Source: Azolla caroliniana (Eukaryota > Plantae > Polypodiophyta). From it: a stretch of 64,000 nt of DNA. Under the pieces are notes generated by a model. That model had not been told where the DNA came from. It saw only the letters and a program-made list of their open reading frames with translations, and did not search any database. A program made the translations under genes and the position numbers. This document shows positions 35,420 through 48,500 of the stretch, piece after piece. Within the stretch, counting starts at the first letter, position 1, and each line of letters starts with the position of its first letter. The stretch spans positions 11,594,001 to 11,658,000 of the forward strand of contig JBHGNT010000004.1 in the NCBI GenBank assembly GCA_043228905.1, written 5' to 3'.

Positions 35420-38400
35420 TGTCGAATACAAGTGTATAATGGACGTATTCACACTATCCCTTTGTATAGATCAAGTTTGGGCCATTTGTGTAATTAGCAT
35501 AAATGGTAGATGCCCTAAGTCTGTCACTATATATAGTGACCTTGTAACCTTTTTGTAAGGTTGGGTTGTATTATTGCTTTATGGAATAGAAAGAGTCGTT
35601 TTGTGCCTCTCTCTCTCTCTATCTCTGTGCAACGACCTAGAAACTGTCATACGCAGGTACAGAACAGAATCGAATGCTTCTTGATCTTTCGCATAGACGA
35701 CCTTGTCTCCAACATCTGGTATCAGAGCCTGCACAGTATTCGGTCCTTCAATCCGCTGTCGGACGTCGTCTCAGCCTGCACAGCATTCGGTTTCCTGCGT
35801 CATTCGAAGAAGAGAGAAGAAGAAGAAGAAAAAAAAAAACGAGGCTTGCATCTCATCGCGTTAGATCATCTTCGCTTGGAGTAAGCCAGCCGGTTGTACT
35901 CTGTCTCTTGTGATCGTAACCGCTCGAGGTGAAATCCCCTTGTGCAACATTGACACGATCGTGCTCCACCGGTTAAACGGCATCCGAAGAGGTCATCAAA
36001 CGCTGCTCGCCGCTCATTGTAACCACTCGGTGCAGATCGGTCTCAAGACAACAACCCCAATTCGTGCTTCATCCGGCTGATCGACATTCGAGAGGATCAG
36101 TTGGATCCGTCTCTCTCGTCGCTGCAGTCACCCGAAGCAGAATCGGTCCAAACAATCGGTATTTGGCATATATATTCGGAAGCGAACCGGGCTCACTCCG
36201 ACTCGGCAACATTCGGGAAGACCAGTCGGTTCTGTCCCTCAAGTTACCGGAGTCAATTCGAGCAAGTTCAACAATACATATATCCGAAGCCGAACCGACT
36301 CGGGTTCAAATCCGACTAGAACGATACCGGGTGAGCCAACCGGCTGCACTCCAACAAGGTTCGTAGTCAACTCCGAACCGAGCTTCGTCAACCGAAACCA
36401 AATTTGATGGCATCAACATCCGGCTCGTCAGAAATGAGTCTACGAAAGTTCGATGGATCGAACTTCAACTTCTGGAAGGAGCAAATGCAGGACTATCTCA
36501 TAGTCAAGGGGCAAATCGATCCCATCGAAAATGAAGAACCTCCAGAAGGATACAAACCAATTGAGTGGCAGAAGCTGGACAGAATCGTCCACGCCACGAT
36601 TCGGATGCACCTATCGGAATCGGTATACTTTACGGTGCAATCGTGTACGACAGCATTTGAACTGTGGAAAACACTGTCGGACACCTACGAAAAGAAGGTC
36701 GCTGCAACGAAGATGTTTCTGATCCGGCGCCTCTACAACTTGCGGATGAAAGAATCCGATTCGGTTCAAGCACATCTCAATGAGTACGAAAGCATAAGCT
36801 CCCAAATCTCGTCACAGGGGACGGCAATCGAGGATGAACTCAGAGCAATGATACTCATGAGCAGCCTTCCCTCATCGTGGGAAACTTTCGTCACAACCGT
36901 GTGCAACGCGTCAACCACGGCTGTTAAATACTCCGAAGTCACGAGCGCAATCCTGACCGAAGCAGCTTGGAGAAAGTCTTTCGCCAAAGACTCAACAGAC
37001 GACGCTTACGTAGTACAAGGTTCGACAGACCGATCGAACATACGAGGAAGAGATTCCTCACGGCCGCCGAACAATCAGCGAAGACGGAGCCAGTCACGGG
37101 ATAATCGAATCTGCAACTATTGCAAGAAACCCGGACACATCAAAGCCGACTGCCGCGCACTCAAGAACAAGAACGACAAGTCTCAGAGATCAGACAAGAA
37201 GAGTGGCCGGCATGAGGAGATCAATTACGTCAGCTTCTCAGCTGATGTGCTACCAAACGACCCGAATATACTATCAATCGAAAATCCAGTCGGATCAGAA
37301 GTTCTGCTCACGACTGAAGAATCGAGCACATGGCTCTTAGATTCGGGCGCGTCATTTCACGTGACTCCTCATCGATCCCAATTTCGGCAATATACGATCC
37401 GTCACTCCGACTCAGTTCGAGTCGGTAACTCGCAACACTGTGACATCATTGGAATCGGCACAGTAGAGCTCAACCTTGCAGGTGGCTCTACACTTGTACT
37501 TCACAATGTCCGACATGTACCCGAGCTCTCAAGGCCATTGATCTCAGTCGGACAACTAGATGAAGACGGCATTCGTGCCGGTTTTTCTTCGGGAGGGTGG
37601 ACACTCCACAGGGGGAACCTCCTGCTTGCTAGAGGACCCAAGATACACTCACTGTATCCGTTACATGTTACGCTCAGAGAGGGTAACCTGTTTTTGGTGG
37701 ATATTCCTGTGTCATCACTATGGCACAGAAGATTAGGACACCTCAGCAAGGCCGGCATTACGCATCTATCTAGAGCCGGATACATCCCTAAACTCTCCTT
37801 CTCCGACCATCAATTCTGCGAGCATTGCCAGTATGGCAAACAAGCAGCCGCATCACACCCGACATCAGCACCAAGAGAAACGAGACCTCTCAATTTGGTC
37901 CACTCGGACGTCTGTGGCCCAATGCCACATCAGTCTCTCGGCGGTGCCTCTTACTTCGTCAGTTTTATTGACGATTCGACTCGAAAGGTGTGGGCTTATC
38001 CAATTCGCACCAAAGATCGTGTCTTCTCGATCTTCTCCGATTGGCTCGCTATGGTAGAAAATCAAACCGACCGAAAACTGAAATGCTTTCGGACCGACAA
38101 TGGGGGAGAGTTCAAATCAGAAGAATTCGTCAAATTCTGCCGACAACGCGGCATCCGACGTGAATTTACGGCACCACACAGTCCGGAGCAAAACGGGATT
38201 GCCGAACGCATGAATCGGACAATCCAAGAACGGATAGTTTCCATGCTCCAACACTCCGGACTGCCAGATGGCTTCTGGGCAGAGGCTCTACTCACGACAG
38301 TACACATAATCAATATGTCGCCAAGCAGACCTCTAGGACTTCAAATTCCTCAAGAACTATGGATCGGCAGTAAGCCGAATTACGACAAGCTGAGGATCTT

Positions 38401-40917
38401 CGGATGCGAGGCGTACGCCCTTATTCCGAAAGATGATCGCCGAAAACTTGCACCTCGGTCCAGGAAATGCATTTTCCTTGGATATGGATCCGACGGCGAA
38501 ATGGGATACCGACTCTGGGATCCCGAACGCAGACAAATCGTCCGAAGTTCGGACGTTGTGTTCAACGAGTCGGCTATGAATCCATCAGTCAAAACACCGA
38601 TCGAAGTCCGAAGGGTAACATTTTCCGATGTGCCGACCCTTCAAGAAGGCCCCGCTCTTAACACACGGTCAGCTTCACGGGTAGCTGAACCTTACACTAC
38701 CGATTCGGACAACTCTGACTCGGCACAGCAGCTTTCGGACCATCCGACCTCGATACCCGATGCGACCAGTCCAATCATACCTCGACGATCCGAGAGACTG
38801 TCGCAACCTCCGGAGAGGTATTCTCCTGGAATTTTCTTCACCAACGCCGGCGAACCGACGTCTTACGAAGAAGCATCGACATCTGTCGATTCCGCCACTT
38901 GGCATCTGGCGATGGAGTCGGAAATGCACTCCATTCGGGCAAACAAGACTTGGGATCTGGTCGAATTACCTAGGAACCGACGTGCTCTTCCTTGCAAGTG
39001 GGTTTATCGACTAAAAGAGATGTCTGATTCGACCACCCCAAAGTACAAGGCCAGATTAGTTGCGAAGGGCTTCCGACAAGAATATGGCGTCGACTTCGAC
39101 GAGATTTTTTCACCAGTGGTGAAAATGACAACCCTTCGTTTTCTACTCGGCGTAGTGGCAGCCGACAACTTGGAGCTGATTCAGCTAGATGTCAAAACAG
39201 CATTCCTCCATGGTGATCTTGAAGAGGAAATTTATATGGAGCAGCCAAAAGGCTTCATGGCAACTGGCCAAGAACATCTAGTCTGCCGACTCAGGAAGAG
39301 TCTATACGGCCTCAAACAGGCACCGCGACAATGGTACAAGAAGTTCGACGACTTCATCCAATCGATCGGCTTCTCAAAAAGCGATGAGGACCATTGTTTT
39401 TTTACCAACACAGCTCAAGATGGATCACCCATCTTCCTCATCATTTACGTGGACGACATGCTAATTTCTGGATGCCACGCGGGCGAACTTGCCGATCTCA
39501 TTCGGCAACTGCGGTTGAAGTTTGCCATGAAGGACCTCGGTCCGGCACGACACATACTTGGCATGAAGATTAGTCGGCATCGCGATCAACGACATCTTTT
39601 TTTGTCTCAGACCGACTATATCGGACGTGTCTTGGAACGCTTCAACATGCAATCAGCCAAATCTGCTTCAACCCCGCTCCCCATGAATCTTCGGCTCTCT
39701 CAGCGAGACTGCCCGACATCCGGTCCGGAGGGGGAAGATATGAAGTCGGTACCGTATGCACCGGCAGTCGGCTCCCTTATGTACCTGATGGTCGCGACAC
39801 GGCCTGATATTTCTCATGCCGTAGGAGTCGTTAGCAGATTTATGCACAATCCTGGCCGATCGCATTGGAACGCAGTCAAGCATGTGTTCAAATATCTGGC
39901 TGGCACAAAAGACCACGGCATTCTTTTCGGTCCGAACTCAACTACAGGCGTAGTCGGTTACACCGACTCGGACTTCGCCGGCTGTATAGACAGTCGGAAA
40001 TCAACAACTGGATACTGCTTCAAATTCGGCAATGGAGCAATTTCGTGGAAGTCGAAACTTCAGGAGTGCACAGCGACCTCAACGACCGAAGCAGAATATG
40101 TAGCTGCGTCCGACGCTGCAAAAGAAGCTTTGTGGCTCGGCCGGCTGGCGCACACGTTTCGACAAGTCGACCATGACTCGGCCCCAGTTGTCTATAGCGA
40201 CAGTCAAGGTGCTGTTGCTTTGTCGAAAAATCCGGTTCACCACAACGCCTCCAAACATATCGACGTTCGATATCACTTCGTTCGGGACTGCGTCATTTCA
40301 GGGAAAATCGGTCTAGAGAAAATATCCACAACCGACAATGTCGCAGATGGAATGACCAAGTGTCTTTCGGCAGACCGCTTTCGGTCCCTTCGGCATCAGA
40401 TGGGCGTAACGACAAACCAGTCTGGTTAGAGCCGGACACATCGCAGGATGGTTTCCGACAACCGACATCAGTTCCTTAATGATCGGCTTCAACTCTTCCG
40501 ACCTGACCAGTTCGGTCTTCTGCCTTCGGACCCTGCCGACTCGAACAAAACTGATATGTCCGAGAACCTAGGTTTATGCCTGTAATCTTAGATAACCCAT
40601 GTATACGCCCATTACGGGGGAGTGTCGAATACAAGTGTATAATGGACGTATTCACACTATCCCTTTGTATAGATCAAGTTTGGGCCATTTGTGTAATTAG
40701 CATAAATGGTAGATGCCCTAAGTCTGTCACTATATATAGTGACCTTGTAACCTTTTTGTAAGGTTGGGTTGTATTATTGCTTTATGGAATAGAAAGAGTC
40801 GTTTTGTGCCTCTCTCTCTCTCTATCTCTGTGCAACGACCTAGAAACTGTCATACGCAAGTACAGAACAGAATCGAATGCTTCTTGATCTTCCGCATAGA
40901 CGACCTTGTCTCCAACA
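35420..40917 (+). mobile_element. Intact Ty1/copia element E
   Basis: 295-bp LTRs at 35420-35714 and 40623-40917 (2 mismatches seen). TSD CCTTC. PBS 35717-35728. PPT GGGGGAG. Confidence 0.98.
36407..40429 (+). CDS. Copia gag-pol polyprotein, uninterrupted (~1340 aa)
   Basis: CNYCKKPGHIKADC, WLLDSGAS, LWHRRLGH, DDSTR/DNGGEF/AERMN, IYVDDML, DSDFAG/EAEY/ADGMTK. Confidence 0.97.
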   Translation: MASTSGSSEMSLRKFDGSNFNFWKEQMQDYLIVKGQIDPIENEEPPEGYKPIEWQKLDRIVHATIRMHLSESVYFTVQSCTTAFELWKTLSDTYEKKVAATKMFLIRRLYNLRMKESDSVQAHLNEYESISSQISSQGTAIEDELRAMILMSSLPSSWETFVTTVCNASTTAVKYSEVTSAILTEAAWRKSFAKDSTDDAYVVQGSTDRSNIRGRDSSRPPNNQRRRSQSRDNRICNYCKKPGHIKADCRALKNKNDKSQRSDKKSGRHEEINYVSFSADVLPNDPNILSIENPVGSEVLLTTEESSTWLLDSGASFHVTPHRSQFRQYTIRHSDSVRVGNSQHCDIIGIGTVELNLAGGSTLVLHNVRHVPELSRPLISVGQLDEDGIRAGFSSGGWTLHRGNLLLARGPKIHSLYPLHVTLREGNLFLVDIPVSSLWHRRLGHLSKAGITHLSRAGYIPKLSFSDHQFCEHCQYGKQAAASHPTSAPRETRPLNLVHSDVCGPMPHQSLGGASYFVSFIDDSTRKVWAYPIRTKDRVFSIFSDWLAMVENQTDRKLKCFRTDNGGEFKSEEFVKFCRQRGIRREFTAPHSPEQNGIAERMNRTIQERIVSMLQHSGLPDGFWAEALLTTVHIINMSPSRPLGLQIPQELWIGSKPNYDKLRIFGCEAYALIPKDDRRKLAPRSRKCIFLGYGSDGEMGYRLWDPERRQIVRSSDVVFNESAMNPSVKTPIEVRRVTFSDVPTLQEGPALNTRSASRVAEPYTTDSDNSDSAQQLSDHPTSIPDATSPIIPRRSERLSQPPERYSPGIFFTNAGEPTSYEEASTSVDSATWHLAMESEMHSIRANKTWDLVELPRNRRALPCKWVYRLKEMSDSTTPKYKARLVAKGFRQEYGVDFDEIFSPVVKMTTLRFLLGVVAADNLELIQLDVKTAFLHGDLEEEIYMEQPKGFMATGQEHLVCRLRKSLYGLKQAPRQWYKKFDDFIQSIGFSKSDEDHCFFTNTAQDGSPIFLIIYVDDMLISGCHAGELADLIRQLRLKFAMKDLGPARHILGMKISRHRDQRHLFLSQTDYIGRVLERFNMQSAKSASTPLPMNLRLSQRDCPTSGPEGEDMKSVPYAPAVGSLMYLMVATRPDISHAVGVVSRFMHNPGRSHWNAVKHVFKYLAGTKDHGILFGPNSTTGVVGYTDSDFAGCIDSRKSTTGYCFKFGNGAISWKSKLQECTATSTTEAEYVAASDAAKEALWLGRLAHTFRQVDHDSAPVVYSDSQGAVALSKNPVHHNASKHIDVRYHFVRDCVISGKIGLEKISTTDNVADGMTKCLSADRFRSLRHQMGVTTNQSG

Positions 40918-41079
40918 CCTTCATCCGGTGAGCACTCCTCACCGGGCCTGCATAATCCGGCGCTAGCCGGGCACTCGTCATCCGGTTCTCACCGGGTCTT
41001 CCGTTGCCGGGTACTCCACATTCGGTTCTCACCTCGGCCTATCGGCCTCGGTCGAGTTTGCTCATCAACACTGTTCTTC

Positions 41080-44000
41080 TCACTTCCCATCCGGAGGGAC
41101 TTGTTTCCTAACAAACTCCCCCTTCACTCGGGCATGGGATGTCTTACTAGTCTGATCCGCTTCCGACATGCATCCAACTTGTCGGGTATTAGCACTTTGG
41201 TCAGTCTCGTCCGTATGGATCTTCGTCAGCACGAACTCTCGATCTTGTACTCGCTCCCGGATCCAGTGATACCTACGCTGGATGTGCTTCGTCCTGGAAT
41301 GGTATGTTGCATTCTTAGCAAGGTGGATGACACTTTGACTGTCGCAATAGAGCCGGTATTCATCTTGCCGGATACCGAGCTCTTCGATGAAGTCCTTCAT
41401 CCATATTATTTCCTTGCCGACTTCCACAACCGCCATGTACTCCGCCTCTGTGGTTGACAACGCAACCGTCTTCTGCAACCTCGACTGCCACGAAACAGCT
41501 CCCCCTGCATATGTCATTACATACCCGGATGTAGACCGGCTGGTATCGACATCAGCCGACATGTCCGAATCGGTAAAACTGTCAAGTCGAGGTTTACCGG
41601 AGCCGAATCAGGGACACATATTCGAAGTGCCCTTCAAGTACCGGAGTATCCATTTGACCGCATTCCAGTGCTCCTTGCCGGGATTGCTCATGAACCGGCT
41701 CACCACCCCGACTGCGTATCCAATATACGGTCGAGTACACACCATTGCGTACATTAAGTTCCCGACAACAAAGGCATATGGAACCTTCATCATATCCGCC
41801 TTCTCTACTTTCGTCTTCGGGCTTTCCTTACCGGATAACCTGCACTTTGCCGGAAGTGTCAATCCGACCGGTTTCGCATTTGACATGTTGAACCGCTGAA
41901 GCACCTTTGTCACGTACTTCTCCTGTGACAGCCACAATTGCTTCATTGACTGGTCCCGGATAATATGCATCCCTAGCATCTGTCTTGCCGGACCCAAGTC
42001 TTTCATTGAGAAGGTATGGTTGAGAGCCTTCTTCAGCATCCGTAGTTTGGCTTGGTCCCGTCCGACGATCAACATGTCGTCCACGTACAGAAGGAGTATC
42101 AGGAAGTCGCCTCCTTTGAACTTCTTCACAAACACACAGTGATCGGCCTGCGTCTTGTGGTACCCTTGATCGGTCATGAAGGAGTCGAACATCCGGTACC
42201 ATTGTCGGGGAGCCTGCTTCAGTCCGTACAGGCTCTTCTTCAACTGGCATACCAGGTGCTCCTTCCCTTTCTCCACGAATCCTTCCGGTTGCTGCACGTA
42301 AATCTCCTCTTCGAGGTCACCCTGAAGGAATGCCGTCATCACGTCCAGCTGCTCTACCTCGAGGTTCAGGCTTGCCACTATACTTAGCACCGTCCGGATA
42401 GAGGTCATCTTTACTACCGGGGAAAATATCTCGTCGAAGTCCATGCCCTTCTTCTGGTGGAACCACTTCACCACGATCCTGGCCTTGTATCTCGGGGGGT
42501 TGCCGGCATCTCCCGGTTTCAACTTGTACACCCACTTATTTCGGAGTGCCCGCTTTCCTTTCGGCAACTTCACCAATTTGTATGTATGGTTCTCATGCAG
42601 GGAATCCATCTCATCCTGCATGGCACTTAACCATTTGCGGCTGTGGGTGTCATCCTTCGTTTCTTCGAAGCTTTCTGGCTCTCCCTCATCGGTCAGCAGC
42701 ACATGCTCTGCATCCGGAAATCTCCGGGGGTCCCTTCTCTCTTTGAGAGGATATCTCTGTCTTTGGCCTTTGGCAACCGGATCCACAATTTGTTCTTCAT
42801 CTGAATCCGATTCGGGGTCTTTACCGGTTCCGATTTCAGCTTCCTCTACTTCTTCTTCTGCCGGTTCGGTATTCTCACCGTAACCGGCTAGTTCCTCGAG
42901 TGTCAACCGTCTCTTAGCCGGGTGTGTCTGAATCTCATCGGAGTTCATTATCTTCTTCTCCGACTCCCAGTTGGCAAGAGTCTTGTCCTCCATGAAGATA
43001 ATATCTCGACTCCGGAAAGCCTTCTTGTCAACCGGATCCCACTCTCGGTAGCCGAACTCATCATCGCCGTATCCGAGGAATATGCATGGCCGGGTCTTTG
43101 GATCCAACTTTTCTCTCCGGTCCTTAGCAACATGCACGTACGCGAGACACCCGAACACCTTCTGATGCCAGTAGGACACTTCCTTACCGGTCCACACCTT
43201 CTGCGGTGTGTCTCCATCCAAGTGCACTGAGGGTGATCTGTTTATCACAAACGTCGTTGTCGACAGCACCTCAACCCAAAACATCTAGGGCAATTTTGTA
43301 TGAACCAACATACTCCGGACCCTCTCCATTATGGTCCGGTTCATCCTCTCGGCCAGCCCGTTTAGTTCCGGCGTCTTCGGCACGGTAAATTCGAGCCGGA
43401 TTCCCTTTGAGCGACAGTACTCCTCAAACTGCCCCCGATATTCCCCTCTGTTATCTGCTCGAACCGCCTTCAGCTTCCGACCGGTTTCTCTTTCCACTCT
43501 CGCGTGGAGCTCCTTGAAGACGGATAACACCTGATCCTTCGTCTTCAACGGTGTGGCCCACAGTTTCCGGCTGTGGTCATCTATGAACGTCACGAAGTAC
43601 TGCGATCCTGCATGTGACTTTGTGTCCACTTGACACACATCAGTATGCACCAACTCCAGTGGTGCATTACGTCTCATCGGTGGCCTTGGTCGGAAGGAGG
43701 TCCGGTTTTGCTTACCGGCCAGACAATCAATACACTTCTCCAAGTGCACGTTCTTCACTGGAAGAAGGTTGTTGTCTGCAAGCCTCTTCATCCCCTTGTC
43801 GCTCATGTGACACAACCTTTTGTGCCACAGCTCACCGGCAGTGTCGGATGTCGCGTTCAATTCCTTCGGGCATAACCGGGCATTCATCAGGTACAATGTG
43901 TTGACCTTCTAGGACCGAGCCACAATCAGGCTCCTTTTGCTGAACTTCATAACATCGTTCCGGATGCTACCCGTGTAGCCTTCATCATCTAGCCGACCGG

Positions 44001-45114
44001 CTGATATCAGGTTCAGACGAACCTCCAGAACGTGTCGGACATCCTTCAGCAGCAGCTTACATCCGGTTGGTGTTGTCAACCACATGTCTCCTATGCCGAC
44101 AATTCGGCATGTACCTTCATTCCCCATCTGGACACAACCGTGATCACCGGTTGAGTAGGATGAGAAGCATTTCCGGTCCGGGGTAAGGTGGAATGACGCT
44201 CCGGAGTCGACCACCCAAGTCATCTCGTTGCCGGCAAGGTTTAGCTCACTCTCCTCGGTGATGAGCATCAACTCTTCTTTACTTGCCACGATTGCCGTCG
44301 TTCCCTTTCGGTCCGTTCCCCTTCGGTCTTTACCGTTCCGGTTCGGTGTCCGGTTCGAATCAGTACCATTGGTTTCCTTGTCTTTTCAGAAATGCCGACA
44401 ATTCTTCTGGAAGTGTCCCGGCTTGCTGCAATAGAAGCAGGTAGGCTTGCCCCTTGACTTTGACCGTATCCCCGACTTCTCCCGGTTCTGGGGACTACGG
44501 TTCCTTTGTCTTCTGCGTTCCGATTCGGTAAGGAGCGCTTTGGAGTCGGAGATCGTATCCTTATCTTTCCGATGCGCCTCCTCATCTAGCAAGCTCGACT
44601 TCACTCTTGCTAGGGATAACCATTTCCCTTCCGGCCCGGCGTTGCCCAAAGTGACAACCAACGTCTCCCAGCTATCCGGGAGGGAACCGAGCAGGAGTAG
44701 TGCTAGTACCTCATCGGCGAGAGGTACTTCCAATGATGTTGCCTGGTGTATTAGCCCCTGGAAGGCATTCATGTGCTCCGCCATGCTGGAGCCATCTTGG
44801 TACCGGAGTCTTACTAGCTTCTGGAATACCAAAACCTGGTTAACAACATTTTTCTTCTGAAACATAATGTCGATCTTCTCCCAGAGGTCATGAGCCTTGC
44901 TCTCTTCATTGAAGTTGTTGTATAGACTCATGTCGATGAAGCACCGTATGTACGCCATTGTCTTCATGTGCATGACCTCCCATACTGGTCTCTTGTCCCC
45001 GAACTGAACCGGCAACTAAAGATCTTTGACCATGAGCATGTCCCTCATCTTCGACTTCCACATTGAATAGTTGGAGCGGGTTAGCTTGAACATGCCGCCC
45101 AACGAATCGTCCAT
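41080..45114 (-). pseudogene. Copia gag-pol of element D with several stops and frameshifts
   Basis: ORFs 44386-45015, 43909-44289, 43285-43896, 41608-43284 and 41080-41562. Confidence 0.94.
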
Positions 45115-45557
45115 TGTTCTATGTCGGTTCGCTCTGATACCACTTTATCGAGGAATACGCGGAATAGTCTCCGGCAACAACCGAAGAGTAAATCACTTTG
45201 TACAATCGAACACAGAAGAAATGGGAAATGGAGGTAAGTGCACAAACAGAAAGAAAAGAGAATACACAGGATATTAACGTGGAAAACCCTGAGAGGGAAA
45301 AACCACGGGAGTCCACAGACTCCAAACTATCACTATATCACAATGATTATAACAGTGAGCTCATGGAGGCAATGACCTCGTGCTCACAATCTTCGCCACA
45401 GGCGGCGGTTACAACAGAGGCCACGACCTCTCTATATATCGAGCTCACTCTCTCTCTCTCTCTCTCTCTCTGTACACGGTTGCTCTCTCACAATCACGAC
45501 AACGGCGGTTACAACAGAGGCCACGACCTCTCTATATCTCGAGCTCACTCTCTCTCA

Positions 45558-48500
45558 TGTTGGGATTACGGTCCCTTCGGATGGGATGGTCGGATGTCGG
45601 AGATGAATGCCGACAAGCCCGGTTTCGGTTTCGGATCCGGATGACGAAGACCCCGGCTTCGGTGCCGGATGACGAATGTACCCGGAGAGCGATCCGGATG
45701 CAGGGACATATCCGTGAATATGTTCGCTATGGGCCCCTGAGGCCACAGTTGTAAATAGCCCCAAAGTCATATGTGTATAAATATGACTTAGGGCAAACAG
45801 TTTTAAGGTTGCTACCTATTTTTCTGTTTTCCCACTCAAGAGGAGTGAAGAGAGAGCAGCCGTGAGAGAGAGAGAGAGATAGAGCACGAGAGAGGAAGAG
45901 GTAGACGCCTCTGTGTATTTCCGCCGCCTGTGGCGAGGACAGCGAGCTCAAGGTCGTCGCCTTGCAGCTCGCCATTGTATACTTCTCTATATAGCGTTGG
46001 TTTGGAGACTTGTACTCCCGTGGTTTTTCCCGTCTAGGGTTTTCCACGTTAATCCCTGTGTGCTCGCGTCTTGTTTCTCCGTGTGGTTCCTATTTTCTGC
46101 TCCATTGATTCGCGCGTACTCGGTTGTGGCCGAGTGGTGAAGGTGGATAGAAGCGTTTATTCCTTACAAACTGGTATCAGAGCGAACTGCTGCAGAAAAT
46201 GGAAGGCGGCGGCAGCGGGCAGCCGGGGATGATGGTGCTGAATGCGCAGAATTACGCCGATTGGAAGATCAAGATGGAGGATCTTCTGATTGTTCGGGAC
46301 CTGTACGAACCGATTGACAGGTCGGAAATACCGAAAGGGGTACTTGAGTCGGAATGGAGGCTTCTGAACCGGAAAGCCGTTGCAACCATTCGGCAATACG
46401 TCGACGTGAGCGTCCTACAACATGTGGCAAACGACACCAACGCATATGAGATGTGGAAGAAGCTGTCGGGCCTCTACGAGAGGAAGAATGCGTTGAACCG
46501 GACCTCCCTGATGAGGAAGATAGTGAATCTCAAGTACCGGGACGGCGAGAGTATGGTGGAACACGTAAGCACGTTCATGGGATTCGTGAATCAGCTTGCG
46601 GCGATCAAGTTCCCGTTGGAGGATGCAATGCAAGCCATCATCCTGATGTGTACATTGCCGGAAAGCTGGGAGAACTTGGTGGTGACTCTCAGCACCTCGT
46701 GCACCGAAGATAACTTGTCCTTACAAACGGTAAAGACAAGTATTCTGAACGAAGAAGCGCGTCGGAGAGATAAAGAACCGGCCTCCGACTCGAAGGCGCT
46801 GCTTACCGAATCGGATCGGGGAAGACAATGGAACCGGAGTCCGCAAAGACGGGAGAAGTCGGGGACCCGGTCGCAGTCAAGAGGAAGGCCCACATGCTTC
46901 CACTGTGGGAAGCCGGGGCACTTTCGAAAGAATTGTCGGCATTACCGAAAAGACAACGGAGCCGACGACACCGATTCGAAGAAGTCACCGGAGAGAAACG
47001 GTGCATACCGGGGAGCCACGGACCGGAGAGGTTCGGATCGGCGAGGGCAGGACCGGAAAGGAACGACGGCACTCGCGGCAAGTGAGGAAGAAATCATGCT
47101 CATCACCGAAGAAGGTGAACTAAACATTGCCGGCAATGAGACGACCTGGGTGGTCGATTCCGGAGCATCGTTCCACCTGACCCCGGAGAGAAGATACTTC
47201 TCATCCTACACAGCCGGTGAGCATGGCTGTGTTCGGATGGGAAATGAAGGTACGTGCCGGATTGCCGGCATCGGAGACGTGTGGTTGACAACCCCGACCG
47301 GATGCAAAATGCTGCTGAAGGATGTCCGACACGTTCCGGAGGTTCGATTGAACCTGATTTCGGCCGGGAGGCTAGACGATGAAGGCTACACAGGTAGCAT
47401 CCGGAACGGCGTAATGAAGTTCAGCAAGGGGAGCCTGATAGTGGCTCGGGCCCGGAAAGACAACACACTGTACCTGATGAATGCCCGGTTATGTCCGGAA
47501 GAGCTGAATGTGGCAACCGACACTGCCGGTGAGCTGTGGCACAAAAGACTGTGCCACATGAGTGAGAAGGGGATGAAGAGGCTTGCAGAAGACAACCTTA
47601 TTCCAGTGAAGCAAGTGCACCTGGAGAAGTGCACCGATTGCCTGGCCGGTAAGCAAAACCGAACCTCCTTCCACTCAAGGCCACCGACGAGACGTAGCGC
47701 ACCATTGGAGTTGGTGCACACTGATGTGTGTCAGGTAGAAACGAAGTCACATGGCGGAGCCCAGTACTTCGTAACATTCATTGATGATCACAGCCGGAAG
47801 CTGTGGACGGCACCGTTGAAGACAAAGGACCAAGTGTTGTGCGTCTTCAAAGAACTCCACACGAGAGTGGAAAGGGAATCCGGCAAGAAGCTGAAAGCGA
47901 TACGAGCGGATAACGGGGGGGAATACCGGGGGCAGTTCCAGGAGTACTGTCGCTCGAAGGGAATCCGACTCGAGTTTACTGTGCCGAAGACGCCGGAACT
48001 GAACGGGCTGGCCGAGAGGATGAACCGGACCATAATGGAGAGGGTCCGGAGTATGCTGGCGCATGCGAAATTACCCAAGGGGTTTTGGGCTGAGGCAATG
48101 TCAACGGCGACATACGTGATAAACAGATCACCCTCAGTACCTTTGGACGGAGACACGCCACAGAAAGTGTGGACCGGTAAGGAAGTGTCCTACCGGCATC
48201 TGAAGGTGTTCGGGTGTCTCGCATACGTGCATGTGGCAAAGGACCGGAGAGGAAAGCTAGATCCAAAGACCCGGCCATGCATATTCCTCGGTTACGGCGA
48301 TGACGAGTTCGGCTACCGAGTATGGGACCCGGTCGACAAGAAGATATTCAGGAGTCGAGACATCATCTTCATGGAGGACAAGACACTCGCCGACTGGGAG
48401 TCGGAGAAGAAGGTGAAGAGCTCCAAGTCGACCGGTGAGGATCAACTCTACGAGGAGCAGTCCCGACCGGCAAGGGACCGGTTAGCACTCGAGGATCCGG

